NCBI RefSeq assembly: GCF_001194135.2
Contig: NC_068982.1
Location: forward strand, 67,319,854 to 67,383,853
Reading direction: 5' to 3'
DNA: 64,000 nt
Source: Octopus bimaculoides
Lineage: Eukaryota
The notes under the pieces are model-generated. The model had not been told where the DNA came from, searched no databases, and saw only the letters and a program-made list of their open reading frames with translations. The translations under genes and the position numbers were made by a program. Positions 36,735 to 50,050 of this stretch are shown here, piece after piece; the stretch's first letter is position 1, and each line of letters begins with the position of its first letter.

Positions 36735-37373
36735 ATATATATATATATATATAAGGAGCGAGAGAGAGAGAGAGACAGACAGACAGATAGAGAGAGAGAC
36801 AGACAGATAGAGAGAGAGAGATGGATAGATAGCTAGATAGATAGATAGACAAATATTTGCTTCATATGCACTTGTATGACACATAAGCATCTCTATAAGT
36901 ATCCATCTTTATAAGCATTTGCTAAACATCTAGGGGCACGCAAGTACAAGAAAATTGGAAGCTATTGCAACTGTATGTTTTACAGGAGAAAGCTTTCTCC
37001 TTAGACTTTTCTATTGAGGGGATTTTAACAACTCAAAATAAGTTCTACTGTGGTGTTTTTCTTTCTCCAGGTGGCTACCTTTTACTATGGATCGAAACAA
37101 CAAGCTTAGATGTTTCTATAAAATTATAGTTCCATGCATATATATATATATACAACATCATCGTCATTGTTTAGCATCCACACTTGTTTCCAGGAAAGGT
37201 AATATTTTGACAGGAAGGAAAAAAAGATATAAGACCTGAATTTTACGTTCTCCATATTTGAGCATATGTGTATGTATGTATGTATGTATGTATCTATCTA
37301 TCTATCTCTCTATCTCTCTATCTATGTGTGTATGTATGTATATATATATATGTATATATATGTGTATGTATAA

Positions 37374-37422
<49 letters not shown>

Positions 37423-38509
37423 NNNNNNNNNNNNNNNNNNNNNNNNNNNNNNNNNNNNNNNNNNNNNNNNNNNNNNNNNNNNNNNNNNNNNNNNNNNNNN
37501 NNNNNNNNNNNNNNNNNNNNNNNNNNNNNNNNNNNNNNNNNNNNNNNNNNNNNNNNNNNNNNNNNNNNNNNNNNNNNNNNNNNNNNNNNNNNNNNNNNNN
37601 NNNNNNNNNNNNNNNNNNNNNNNNNNNNNNNNNNNNNNNNNNNNNNNNNNNNNNNNNNNNNNNNNNNNNNNNNNNNNNNNNNNNNNNNNNNNNNNNNNNN
37701 NNNNNNNNNNNNNNNNNNNNNNNNNNNNNNNNNNNNNNNNNNNNNNNNNNNNNNNNNNNNNNNNNNNNNNNNNNNNNNNNNNNNNNNNNNNNNNNNNNNN
37801 NNNNNNNNNNNNNNNNNNNNNNNNNNNNNNNNNNNNNNNNNNNNNNNNNNNNNNNNNNNNNNNNNNNNNNNNNNNNNNNNNNNNNNNNNNNNNNNNNNNN
37901 NNNNNNNNNNNNNNNNNNNNNNNNNNNNNNNNNNNNNNNNNNNNNNNNNNNNNNNNNNNNNNNNNNNNNNNNNNNNNNNNNNNNNNNNNNNNNNNNNNNN
38001 NNNNNNNNNNNNNNNNNNNNNNNNNNNNNNNNNNNNNNNNNNNNNNNNNNNNNNNNNNNNNNNNNNNNNNNNNNNNNNNNNNNNNNNNNNNNNNNNNNNN
38101 NNNNNNNNNNNNNNNNNNNNNNNNNNNNNNNNNNNNNNNNNNNNNNNNNNNNNNNNNNNNNNNNNNNNNNNNNNNNNNNNNNNNNNNNNNNNNNNNNNNN
38201 NNNNNNNNNNNNNNNNNNNNNNNNNNNNNNNNNNNNNNNNNNNNNNNNNNNNNNNNNNNNNNNNNNNNNNNNNNNNNNNNNNNNNNNNNNNNNNNNNNNN
38301 NNNNNNNNNNNNNNNNNNNNNNNNNNNNNNNNNNNNNNNNNNNNNNNNNNNNNNNNNNNNNNNNNNNNNNNNNNNNNNATATATACACCCCCCCCACACA
38401 CACACACACAAGCATACATTGGTCCTTCATAGAGGTAAGTAGATAGTTATATTAACATACATATATACACACTTGTGAAAGAGAAAGAGATGAAGTGTAT
38501 GTGTGTATA

Positions 38510-38558
<49 letters not shown>

Positions 38559-39184
38559 TAATAATAATAATGACAACAACAATGACAACAACGATGATGA
38601 TGATCGTGATGATATGAGATTACTGCATAAATTTCTTGGATGCATACATGAATGTGTTTTTGTGCAGGTGTGTTTGTATATGTGTAGATGTGTACATATA
38701 CAGTTAGTTAAAGTAAGAGATGCCATAAATGGAATAAATACAAGCTATTCAAAACAGATGTATTGTAGTCAGGCTTGGTCTTTACTTGTTACACTCCTTA
38801 GTCTATATGACGCAGAATCAACTGACATGGGAAAAATATTAAGATGCATTCCTAACCAACCAATACAGTCTGTACATATGATGAGGGGGTGCTTTGTTTT
38901 TTATTTTTTTATTTTTTTTTTTGCTGTTTATTATATACAGGATATTCATACAGATCAATAAATATAGAAATGGAGTCAAATTTATTATTAAATTCAATTT
39001 GATTGGGATTTAATCTCACTTGATGGTTTATTTAACCAGTCCTGTTAAAATGAATTTTATAATATATATGATTCGATTGTTAGTTTTAGTTCACCCCATC
39101 AGTAAATGTTCTGCTATTGTTCTTAAACTTGTTTTAAAATAATAACCTTCATTTTACATCTATAAATAGATGGATGGGTAGATG

Positions 39185-39263
39185 TTATGTAGGTAGAGGT
39201 AGATAAATCGATAGATAGATAATTAGACAAACAGACAGACAGATAGATAGGTTGTTAGGTAGG

Positions 39264-39302
<39 letters not shown>

Positions 39303-39361
39303 GTTATATATATATATATATACATACATACATACATACATATATATAGAGAAAGAGAGAT

Positions 39362-39414
<53 letters not shown>

Positions 39415-39544
39415 CAGAGAGAAAGTAAGAGAAAGATGGATAGATAAATATGTTGATAGATAGACAGACAGACAGACAAAAGTGTAGTTGGTAGATAGAT
39501 AAATGGCTAAATAGACAGACAGATATATGTACATATAGAGAAAC

Positions 39545-39606
<62 letters not shown>

Positions 39607-39690
39607 ATGTATGCATGCATAGATAGGCAGCAGACTGACAGACAGACTGACAGACAGACTGACAGACAGACTGACAGACAGACAAAAAAA
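39185..39690. repeat. Compound tetranucleotide array (GATA)n/(GACA)n/(GTAG)n
   Basis: Seen directly. Confidence 0.95.
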
Positions 39691-40460
39691 GACAGGCAAA
39701 TGGATGGTCAAATGAATAAAAAAACGGATAAGAAGGGATTAGATTGTTAGGGATTATCAAAATATATCATACAATAATAATTTCTGCCTACAAGATGTCA
39801 TTACTATTTTTTATTTTAAACCATTAAATAGGCAAACTAAATGTGAACAAACTGCACCTATAATTTTGGGGTATTAGTTTTTAATGTAGGAGTGGGGTAG
39901 TTATTAATTTTAATATTGAGTTAAATAACATCATCATCATTTTCATCATTCAATGTCTGTTGTCCATGCTGGCATGGACCTAAGCTGTTTCTGGAATGTT
40001 CTTTTAAATAAAGGAATAATAATAAAAAAATGTATTCAGGAAGACAAGATAAAATAAAGATAGGTTATCAAATTAAGATATTGAAATAGGACATTAGATG
40101 AAGATTTCAATGAATGATGAGTTAAATGTAAAAGAATGCAAATCTAAATAAAATAAATAAAACATATTGGTTGGCCCAATTATTCCTCAGCTGTGGTCAT
40201 GCTGGGCCACTACCTTAATTCTATTATTTAGTTGTTTTAGAGAATAAGAATAATTAAGCTATACAATCCTGGAGTTCCTTGATTGACCCTAGCTAGAATT
40301 TCTCCTGTATCAGGACTGTATCATTCATGTTATCACATACTTGGTATTATACTTTGTATATTTTTATTTCATTTCACCATCTTTTCTATTTTTTCTCCCT
40401 GTCCTTCATGTAAATCCCCACGCAAATTGTTGTCTGTCCTTGTGATGGCTGATAAAAGAA

Positions 40461-40519
<59 letters not shown>

Positions 40520-41392
40520 GTTGCTTTTTTTTCTTCTTTCTTCAAATTTTCTTCCATTTCTCGCCGAGTATTTTCTGTACACCTAGGGCAGAGAAACTCG
40601 TATGCATTCCCAGTTTACACATGCAAATTCACAGGTAAAATATGTATTTAAAAAAAAAAAAAAAAATCATTATTATCATCATTATTATTATTATTATTAT
40701 TATTTTATCAATCCCAAAAAGATGAAAAACTAAGTCAAATTCCGCCAAGGTTGATTTTGCCTTTCATCCTTTCGGGTCGATATAATAAGAACCAGTTGAG
40801 TGCTGGGGGTCAATGTAATCAACTATCCCCTTCCCCACAAATTCCAGGTCTTGTGCCTTTAGTGGAAAAGATCATCATCATCATCATCATCATTGTCATT
40901 ATTATATACTATTTGAGACATCTCCATTAATATTTTCCAAAGAAGTGATCAGCAAAATTCATGTCGCCATATTTTCCCAACACATTTCAGTACGGTGGGG
41001 GAACAGTACATTCAATAGGCTCCTTGAGACATAGACACGTGTTACATATATCTTCCATTTCTTCAACTTCCACATCTCAAAACTGGACTGTTTGCTATAG
41101 AACTAGCTTCAACAAACATTCCATTGCAGGGTTGTGGTAATCTATTTATCTATCTACAAAGACATAACTAAACAGAGATACATAAATTCCTTACATTTAC
41201 AATACTGGCAATTTCAGTAATGTTTCTCTGTGTGATTAATATAATCGTTCTTAGGTACTGGATTTGATTTTTCTGTTCTTTTTTCTGGAGTTTACAGTGC
41301 AGCTGAATATTGATTTATTTGCATTCTTTCCAGCATCAAGTTCCATAATTAAGTTGTTGCTGAACATATGTTTAATTCATATTCATTCGTGT

Positions 41393-41446
<54 letters not shown>

Positions 41447-42300
41447 GTATACAGATAAATAGATGGATAGATGGATAGATGGATAGATAGATAGATAGAT
41501 AGATAAATAGACAGAGAGATAGGTATATATCTATCTATATATATATGTGTGTATAGATAGCTATACTATATATATACATATATAAAGCACACATATGCTT
41601 AAAAATAGATGGGCAAATGAAATATGCTAATATTGATTTTTTTTTTCTTTTCTTAAATAGACACAGACCATTGACAATTCAGACAGAGTAAAGAGTCCAT
41701 GATATTGAACCCTACTGCTGGACAAGTACATAATTTTATTGACCCCCGTCAGATGGATGAACGGTAAAGTTGACTTTGGCTTGATTCAACCTCAGAACAT
41801 AAGAGGTCATTAACAAATGCTTCAAGTCATTATATCCGTTGCTCCATCGATTTCACAAGCTTATTGCCTCAGAAACATGCAAACATTAATACTTATTGAG
41901 TAAAGTCAAGTCAACCAGCTATACAGCCACCCTTGTGTTATTGACAAAAATTGACTAAGCTCCATGTAGGATATTTGGATTAATAAATATTTTTTTTTAA
42001 TATGTACAGACATATACTTTATTTAATTTACTTTTGTGTGTATGTGTGTCTATGTATATGAATATATATATACATACATTATGTGTATGTGTGTATATGA
42101 ATATACATGCATATATAGATAGATAAATGGGTAGAAAGATAGATAGATAGATAGGTAGGTAGGTAGATAGATAGATAGAGAGAGGGGGAGGGGGAGAGTA
42201 GATAGATGGACTGATAGATATTGTAATAATTTGTGATTTCACATAAAAAATGGGAATAAGCACATTCATTTGTGAACATGTCCATTTGCAGAATGTTCTA

Positions 42301-42335
<35 letters not shown>

Positions 42336-42384
42336 TACACACATATACCCACACGTGCACACACACACACACACAACACATAAT

Positions 42385-42425
<41 letters not shown>

Positions 42426-42732
42426 GAATATATAGTTTTTATATGTAATGATACAGTAATATATGTAATGATACATTATATATATATATATCATAAATAC
42501 ATATATGTGAGTATAGCCTGTATATGAAATGTAATAATAATTTCAGCCAAACAAATAACACACTAAAAACAATACAGTAGTATGAATATGTAATTATCCT
42601 GAGGGACATATATAAGAATGACATTTCACTTGTTGAGATTTTCAAGACATCAGATTTGGTTTTATTCATTCGCCAGAACTGATCCTCTCACACACACAAA
42701 CACATACACACATACACACACACACACACACA

Positions 42733-42774
<42 letters not shown>

Positions 42775-43124
42775 NNNNNNNNNNNNNNNNNNNNNNNNNN
42801 NNNNNNNNNNNNNNNNNNNNNNNNNNNNNNNNNNNNNNNNNNNNNNNNNNNNNNNNNNNNNNNNNNNNNNNNNNTATATATATATATATATATATATGTA
42901 TATACACATACATATACATGTTATATGTATGTATGTATGCATGTATGTATGTGTGTGTGTTTGTGTGTGTATATGTAATTATATCTGTTTGTTGTTAATG
43001 TTCTTAGGCATATACCACAAACCTTTCACATAAAACATATTGTATTGCATTGAAATACACAAAAGGATTAGATGTGAATATAAATTATATAGATATTATA
43101 ATAAATATTCTTGTGTGAGTATAC

Positions 43125-43167
<43 letters not shown>

Positions 43168-44634
43168 TATACACACACATATGTATGTATGTATGTAGGT
43201 ATGTTTCTAAATGTATGTATTTGTGTGCAAGTGTGAATGAATAGACAGTGCGCATACTTGCAGACCCACCCAGACTGTTTGACCTACTGCAGATGACATC
43301 TAGTTTGAACTGCAGAGTCCTGAGGCATATCCTTCAATGGGTTAACCATTACACAGTCTAGTCACCCTTAAACAGCAATTAAACACAATTACTATACATT
43401 AAAGCAAATACATAGAATTATACACACATGAAAACTAAGTAACATAATGCATCTATATATACATATGTATCTGTGTATGTGTGTGCATTTATGTATTTTT
43501 TTTTTAATGATAAATAATCTACATATATAATATACATAATGTGCAGATATATATATAGAGACATATACATATACTCACGTGACTGCGGAGCAAGAGGATG
43601 GTGTTCAATATGTGTAGTCTTCCCCATTTCTGTCTGTAGTTATGTGTAAAATACACTAGAATGTAGAAATAATATGAACCAAACGCTGCTTATCAAATAA
43701 TTCTCTTTGTTTTATAATAAATATATTTATGTATATATAAACTTATGTATATATATATAATTTTATACACAGACTGTGGAACCTTCTTTGTATTCTGTTT
43801 CCCTTTTATATACTGTTGCTAGTTAAAAATCAAAAGCAACATAATGTCTATTGATGATTTCTCAGGTTGGTGGCAATGTAAAGATCCTTTACTGTAATGC
43901 AGGAGGATGTTCCTTGGTTGATGCTGAAGAAAATATTCCTATATGACCAAGACTGCAGCTCAGTCACAGTAACTGGATGGTTCCTTTTGTTATAATTATT
44001 ATTTTTTTATTTATTTATTATCATTTAAATCATTATATTTCATATAATATATATATATACACACACATATATATTATTGATATAATTATTTATGTATTTA
44101 ATATTATTGTTATTATTATTATTTTCAGCTCAAATTCACTTTTTTTTCTGTTGGTTTTTTTTAATCTTTTGTTTTTGTTTTTTTCTTTTTTAATCAAGTA
44201 ATATTTGAAGCTGACATTATTCTCCTAGCTGAGGGTTGTTTTCTATTGATGTTGGCATCATCATTGTCATAGCAGTGAAGGCTTTAGTAGTAACAGTCCT
44301 CAGTGAGGAGGTGGGCCAGGATGCTGCTACTGCTGCTGTTACTACTCTTACTACTGCTATTGCTGCTGCTCCTATAACAACTGCTATTGCTGCTGCTGCT
44401 GCTGCTGCTGCTATTATTGCTACAGCTACAACTACTGCTGCTGCTGGTGGTTGTGGCTGTGGTGTTGCGACTGTTGCTGTAGTTGTTGCTGCTGTAGTTT
44501 TGCTATAAGAAGCAGTAACAGGGTTATTGATGACAAAAGGCGATACAAATATACAGATCAGTCAATACATTTCCAAAATCCTTTAATCCCTCACACACGA
44601 ACACACACACACACACACACACACACAAAGATAT

Positions 44635-44801
44635 GCACTATGCCGTCTGTCTATCTGCTAGTCTGTCTATCTGTCCTGTATCTCTTTCTCTCTCTGTCTT
44701 CATCTATCTTGCCAGCTNNNNNNNNNNNNNNNNNNNNNNNNNNNNNNNNTATGTATGTATGTATGTATGTATGTATGTATGTATGTATTCATTCTTGCAT
44801 G

Positions 44802-44854
<53 letters not shown>

Positions 44855-45288
44855 GTATGTATGTATGTATGTATGCATGTATGTATGTATGTATGTATGT
44901 ATGTATGTATGTATGTATGTATGTATGTGTCTATCTATCTATCGTACGTACGTACATATTTATGAATGTGTCTATCTATCTATCAATTTTGCTAGCTATC
45001 AGTCTATTTGTCTGCCTGCCTGTCAGTCTGTCTCTGTTTCTAAATATCTATCTATCTGTCTATCTATCTATCTATCTACTTGTTTGTCTGTTTGTCTATC
45101 TATTAATTTATCTCTCAATGTACCTATCTATCTATCTGTGTGTCTGTCTGTCTGTGTGTCTGTCTGCCTGTGTGTCTGTCTGTCTGTGTGTTTGTCTGCC
45201 TGTGTGTCTGTCTGTCTGTGTGTCTGTCTGTCTGTGTGTCTGTCTGCCTGTGTGTCTGTCTGTCTGTGTGTCTGCGTGTCTGTCTGTG

Positions 45289-45356
<68 letters not shown>
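44635..45356. repeat. Compound (TATG)n/(TCTA)n/(TCTG,TGTG)n array
   Basis: Seen directly; explains the long SVCL/YLSI ORFs. Confidence 0.95.
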
Positions 45357-45584
45357 GACGTCTAGAGGTTTTCCTGGGAAGTCTCAACCTTTACTTTTAG
45401 TGGGGGATTGGAATGCTACCTTGGACATACATCTAGACTACGTGGGCAGAGATAGTAATAGGAGGGGGTGTAAATGCCTCAAAGACCTGCTCAGACATTT
45501 CCAACTGCCTGACAGGTACTGACTGGACCATCCAAATGTGCCAATGTGGACAAAGAGCAACTGCATCGGGTCATCCAGATCGTA

Positions 45585-45812
45585 TTAGGTTGTCCGGAAA
45601 GTTCATGCCGATTTATAGTAGCTTACCTTTCGACTTATTTGCCATGAAACCACCTCAATTCTGGGAAGAGAGTATTTTCAAATTAAAGGGAAAATGGAGA
45701 CACATTGTGCAACAAGATGGTTCATATTTGGTTGATTAAAAATGTAATGGCAAGTATTTATTGACCTTTTTCTTTCCTTTAAAAATCGGCATGTACTTTC
45801 TAGACAACCCAA
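45585..45812 (+). mobile_element. Mariner MITE retaining the transposase C-terminus
   Basis: TA-TTAGGTTGTCCGGAAAGTTCATGCCGATTT ... AAATCGGCATGTACTTTCTAGACAACCCAA-TA (26/30 TIR match); internal KPPQFWEESIFKLKGKWRHIVQQDGSYLVD*. Confidence 0.88.
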
Positions 45813-45830
45813 TATTTAGATAGAGTGTTC

Positions 45831-46056
45831 TTATTTCTTTACTGCCCACAAGGGGCTAAACATAGAGGGGACAAACAAGGACAGACAAAGGGATTAAGTC
45901 GATTACCCCTGTGTAACTGGTACTTAATTTATCGACCCCGAAAGGATGAAAGGCAAAGTCGACCTCGGAGGAATTTGAACTCAGAACGTAACGGCAGACG
46001 AAATACTGCTAAGCATTTCACCTGATGTGCTAATGTTTCTGCCAGCTCACCGCCTT
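45831..46056 (-). mobile_element. Family A SINE (alternative tail) with 16-bp TSD
   Basis: TSD TTTAGATAGAGTGTTC at 45815-45830 and 46057-46072; head GGCGGTGAGCTGGCAGAAAC. Confidence 0.92.
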
Positions 46057-47691
46057 TTTAGATAGAGTGTTCTGTAGGACAGTGGATAAGGATAGTGTAG
46101 GTTGTCCACAATTCCATATAGTCAGCTACACAGATCACAAATTTCTGACTTGTACACCTAACTTAGATAAGACACATAGGCAGGGTCCCAGTTGCTGGAA
46201 GCTGAACTCATCATTCACGGCATACATACATACATACACGCGCATCATTCACAGCAGTAACAGGCGCCATCGTCAACGATAGATGGTGGTATGCCCTAAA
46301 GAAAGCAATTAAAACAGAATCGGTTAGGTACAGTAAGGCCCTAGCATTAGACCTAAATAGAATAGAGGGAGACCCAGTTAAGAAATTAGAAGAGGCACTT
46401 AGAACTGGCATCATGTCCAACATACTGGTGATGAGGTTGGCCCTCGACTAACACTTCAACGCCAAACATGAAGAATGCGTTGTCAGAGCTAGGATGCGTG
46501 CTCTGAGGAACAAAGGAGTTGGAGCTACCCAAGAGACCTGAGTAGCGGAGGTGCAATGAGGCAACAAAGTCACCATTAGGTCTCTGACAGATGAGCAGGG
46601 GCGCAAACTACTCGAGCCTGAAAGGATATGTGAGGCCTTTCAACAACACTTTGCCTGACTGCTCAGGACAACTGGTAGGTCAGAACGTAGAGTGGACTTT
46701 ACTGCCTACCTGCATAGCCTGCCATAACTCTTGGCAAGAGAGGCGGAGTGTTGTGAAAGACCCATCACAACTTCGGACATACAGGATGTGATGGCAGGCT
46801 GCACAGGAGACAAATCACCAGGCTTGGATCATCTGCTCTATGAACTTTGTTGTCATATGCCAGACTTATTTGGAGGTGTCTTGGCAGCTGTCTACTGCAG
46901 CTGGCAGCAAAACGGGAGTATCCCCATTTTTGTAAAGCAAGGATATAAGACTTTGGGAGCAATGGTTTCCAATGAGAAATATCATTTGGATCATGATGAC
47001 CAGTCCAATCCAATCCAGGCCAGCATGAAAAGTTGATGTAATGCTGCTGCTACTGTGGCTGATGATGATGATGGGATGGTATAGATATGTATGTGTGCAC
47101 ATGCGCACGTGTGTGTGTGTGAGAGAGAGAGTGTGTGTGTGTGTGTATGTGTGTGTGTGTGTGTGTGTGTGATGATTTCTTTAATCAAAACCAAATCAAG
47201 TGCTTTTGTCTACAGATGAGTTTTGTGTGTTTGCGTATGTGTGTATGTGTGCATACCTGTTTGTGTGTGTGTTTGTGTGTAATTCTTGCAGTAAGACTTG
47301 ACATAAGACCGATGAATTTCAGGTACCTAGTGTAGCATGAACATACCTTTGGATCTGGAGAGATTCATTGCTATGTACCAGCAGTAACAGCTGTTGAGTC
47401 ATACTGCATGAGTCATGAGTCATATGGCTTACATAAATTTCCTGTCAATCAGATTTTCATGGGAAGAACTGAACATAATTTCCATTAGGATTCTTAGTTT
47501 AGTGGCAGTGATTCAAAGAATTTATTTTCATTGCCAATGCTTAATGTTTTCCTATTAATGCCTTTCCAGTCTCCAGTGGAGGATTTGTTTGGGTATCTTA
47601 CACCATCCGAAGCATTCTGTGACTGATTATCTGAACTGAGGTTTCATTAAGCTTTTGCTTTCACTTTGTTTTTCCTGTGTATACTCAACAA

Positions 47692-48069
47692 GGATCCGCA
47701 ATGGCCCAGTGGTTAGGGCAGCGGACTTGCAGTCATAGGATCACGGCTTCGATTCCCAGACCGGGCGTTGTGAGTGTTTATTGAGCGAAAAACACCTAAA
47801 GCTCCACAAGGCTCTGGCAGGGGATGGTGGTGAACCCTGCTGTACTCTTTCACCACAATTTTCTATCACTCTTACTTCCTGTTTCTGTTGTGCCTGTAAT
47901 TCAAAGGGTCAGCCTTGGCACACTGTGTCACGCTGAATATCCCCGAGAACAATGTTAAGGGTACACGTGTCTGTGGAGTGCTCAGCCACTTGCATGTTAA
48001 TTTCACGAGCAGGCTGTTCCGTTGATCGGATCAACTGGAACCCTCGATGTCGTAAGCGACGGAGTGCCA
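47692..48069 (+). mobile_element. tRNA-derived SINE, family D, full length
   Basis: A-box TGGCCCAGTGGTTAGGGC, B-box GCTTCGATTCC; 3' end gtcgtaagcgacggagtgcca repeated at 49694-49765. Confidence 0.85.
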
Positions 48070-48424
48070 GCCAAACCAAGCAAGCAGCCAGCCACTCAAC
48101 AAGAATGCTTCTTCCTTGTGTTGCTACTCAATGAAAGGCTGCAAGTGAGGCAAATACCACCCATTTTAATACCCCCCCCACCACCACCACTTGGTTCTGG
48201 AGCGTCTGTAACAGAGTTGTAAGCATTCTAGTTTTCTTTCCAGCTACATTTTTCCTGTAGACATTAACCAGCTAATCACCAACCACATCAGTTTCAAAAA
48301 TCTTGTAGGGCCTGTAATGATCAAGGACACTGCCCCTCTATTTGTGATTAACTTTTTAAAAAATAAATATAACAACCAAGAATCATTATTTGTATTCTGT
48401 ATGATATCTAAACTTCACCTCTAC

Positions 48425-50050
48425 ATCGTTGTGTGGTAAGAAGTTTGCTTCCCAACCACATGGTTCCATGTTCAGTCCTACTGTGTGGTAGCTTCAGCAA
48501 GTGTCTACCACTGTAGCCTCAGGTCAACCAAAGTCTTGTGAGTAGATTTGGTTGGTGGAAACTGAATGTATGTATGTATGTATGTATGTATGTATGTATG
48601 TACAAACAATATATGAGTATATGCATATATATGTACATGTATGTACATACCTTCATCTACATGTACACATAGATACAAAACTGGGTACATGACGTGGCAA
48701 AAGAACATGGACAAAATGATAAACAAGGTACAACAAACAAGNNNNNNNNNNNNNNNNNNNNNNNNNNNNNNNNNNNNNNNNNNNNNNNNNNNNNNNNNNN
48801 NNNNNNNNNNNNNNNNNNNNNNNNNNNNNNNNNNNNNNNNNNNNNNNNNNNNNNNNNNNNNNNNNNNNNNNNNNNNNNNNNNNNNNNNNNNNNNNNNNNN
48901 NNNNNNNNNNNNNNNNNNNNNNNNNNNNNNNNNNNNNNNNNNNNNNNNNNNNNNNNNNNNNNNNNNNNNNNNNNNNNNNNNNNNNNNNNNNNNNNNNNNN
49001 NNNNNNNNNNNNNNNNNNNNNNNNNNNNNNNNNNNNNNNNNNNNNNNNNNNNNNNNNNNNNNNNNNNNNNNNNNNNNNNNNNNNNNNNNNNNNNNNNNNN
49101 NNNNNNNNNNNNNNNNNNNNNNNNNNNNNNNNNNNNNNNNNNNNNNNNNNNNNNNNNNNNNNNNNNNNNNNNNNNNNNNNNNNNNNNNNNNNNNNNNNNN
49201 NNNNNNNNNNNNNNNNNNNNNNNNNNNNNNNNNNNNNNNNNNNNNNNNNNNNNNNNNNNNNNNNNNNNNNNNNNNNNNNNNNNNNNNNNNNNNNNNNNNN
49301 NNNNNNNNNNNNNNNNNNNNNNNNNNNNNNNNNNNNNNNNNNNNNNNNNNNNNNNNNNNNNNNNNNNNNNNNNNNNNNNNNNNNNNNNNNNNNNNNNNNN
49401 NNNNNNNNNNNNNNNNNNNNNNNNNNNNNNNNNNNNNNNNNNNNNNNNNNNNNNNNNNNNNNNNNNNNNNNNNNNNNNNNNNNNNNNNNNNNNNNNNNNN
49501 NNNNNNNNNNNNNNNNNNNNNNNNNNNNNNNNNNNNNNNNNNNNNNNNNNNNNNNNNNNNNNNNNNNNNNNNNNNNNNNNNNNNNNNNNNNNNNNNNNNN
49601 NNNNNNNNNNNNNNNNNNNNNNNNNNNNNNNNNNNNNNNNNNNNNNNNNNNNNNNNNNNNNNNNNNNNNNNNNNNNNNNNNNNNNNNNNNNNNCACGAGC
49701 AGGCTGTTCCGTTGATCGGATTGACTGGAACCCACGACGTCGTAAGCGACGGAGTGCCAACAACATGTATGTATGTATGTATGTATGTATGTATGTATGT
49801 ATGTATGTATGTATGTATGTATGTATGTATGTGTGTGTGTCTTTGTGTCTGTGTTTGTCTCCAGCAACTGTTTAGCAACTGCTGTTGGGTGTTTATGTCC
49901 CCGTAACTTAGCAGTTCAGAAAAAGAGACCAATATTCCAAGTACCGGGCTTTAAAAAAATAAGTATTGGGATCGATTTGTTTAACTGAAACCTTTCAAGG
50001 TGGTGCCCCAGCATGGTTGCAGTGTAATGACAGAAATAAATAAAGCACAA
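48425..50050 (+). mobile_element. Family B SINE halves separated by (TATG)n, nested repeats and a gap
   Basis: 5' half at 48425-48570, 3' half at 49830-50050; a family D 3' end abuts the internal (TATG)n. Confidence 0.65.

Larger units (their letters stand above)
45357..46935 (+). mobile_element. Tx1/L1-like LINE ORF2 fragment (APE endonuclease to start of RT), degenerate, with two nested insertions
   Basis: LLLVGDWNATLD..MWT..SYLDRVF..YTDHKF..GPSCWKLNSS..CEAFQQHFA..KSPGLDHL; multiple stops. The frame is restored when the MITE and SINE are removed. Confidence 0.88.

Noticed and set aside
37258-38446. Long ORFs spanning N-runs (also at 34.5, 48.5, 51, 52.5, 53.6, 60 and 61.3 kb)
   Set aside because: Artefacts of translating assembly gaps and flanking microsatellites.
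43867-43947. + strand segment VGGNVKILYCNAGGCSLVDAEENIPI*
   Set aside because: Isolated, with no recognisable homology and no linked exons.
47692-47770. tRNA-like sequence
   Set aside because: SINE head (family D); it has no complete cloverleaf and continues into the repeat body.
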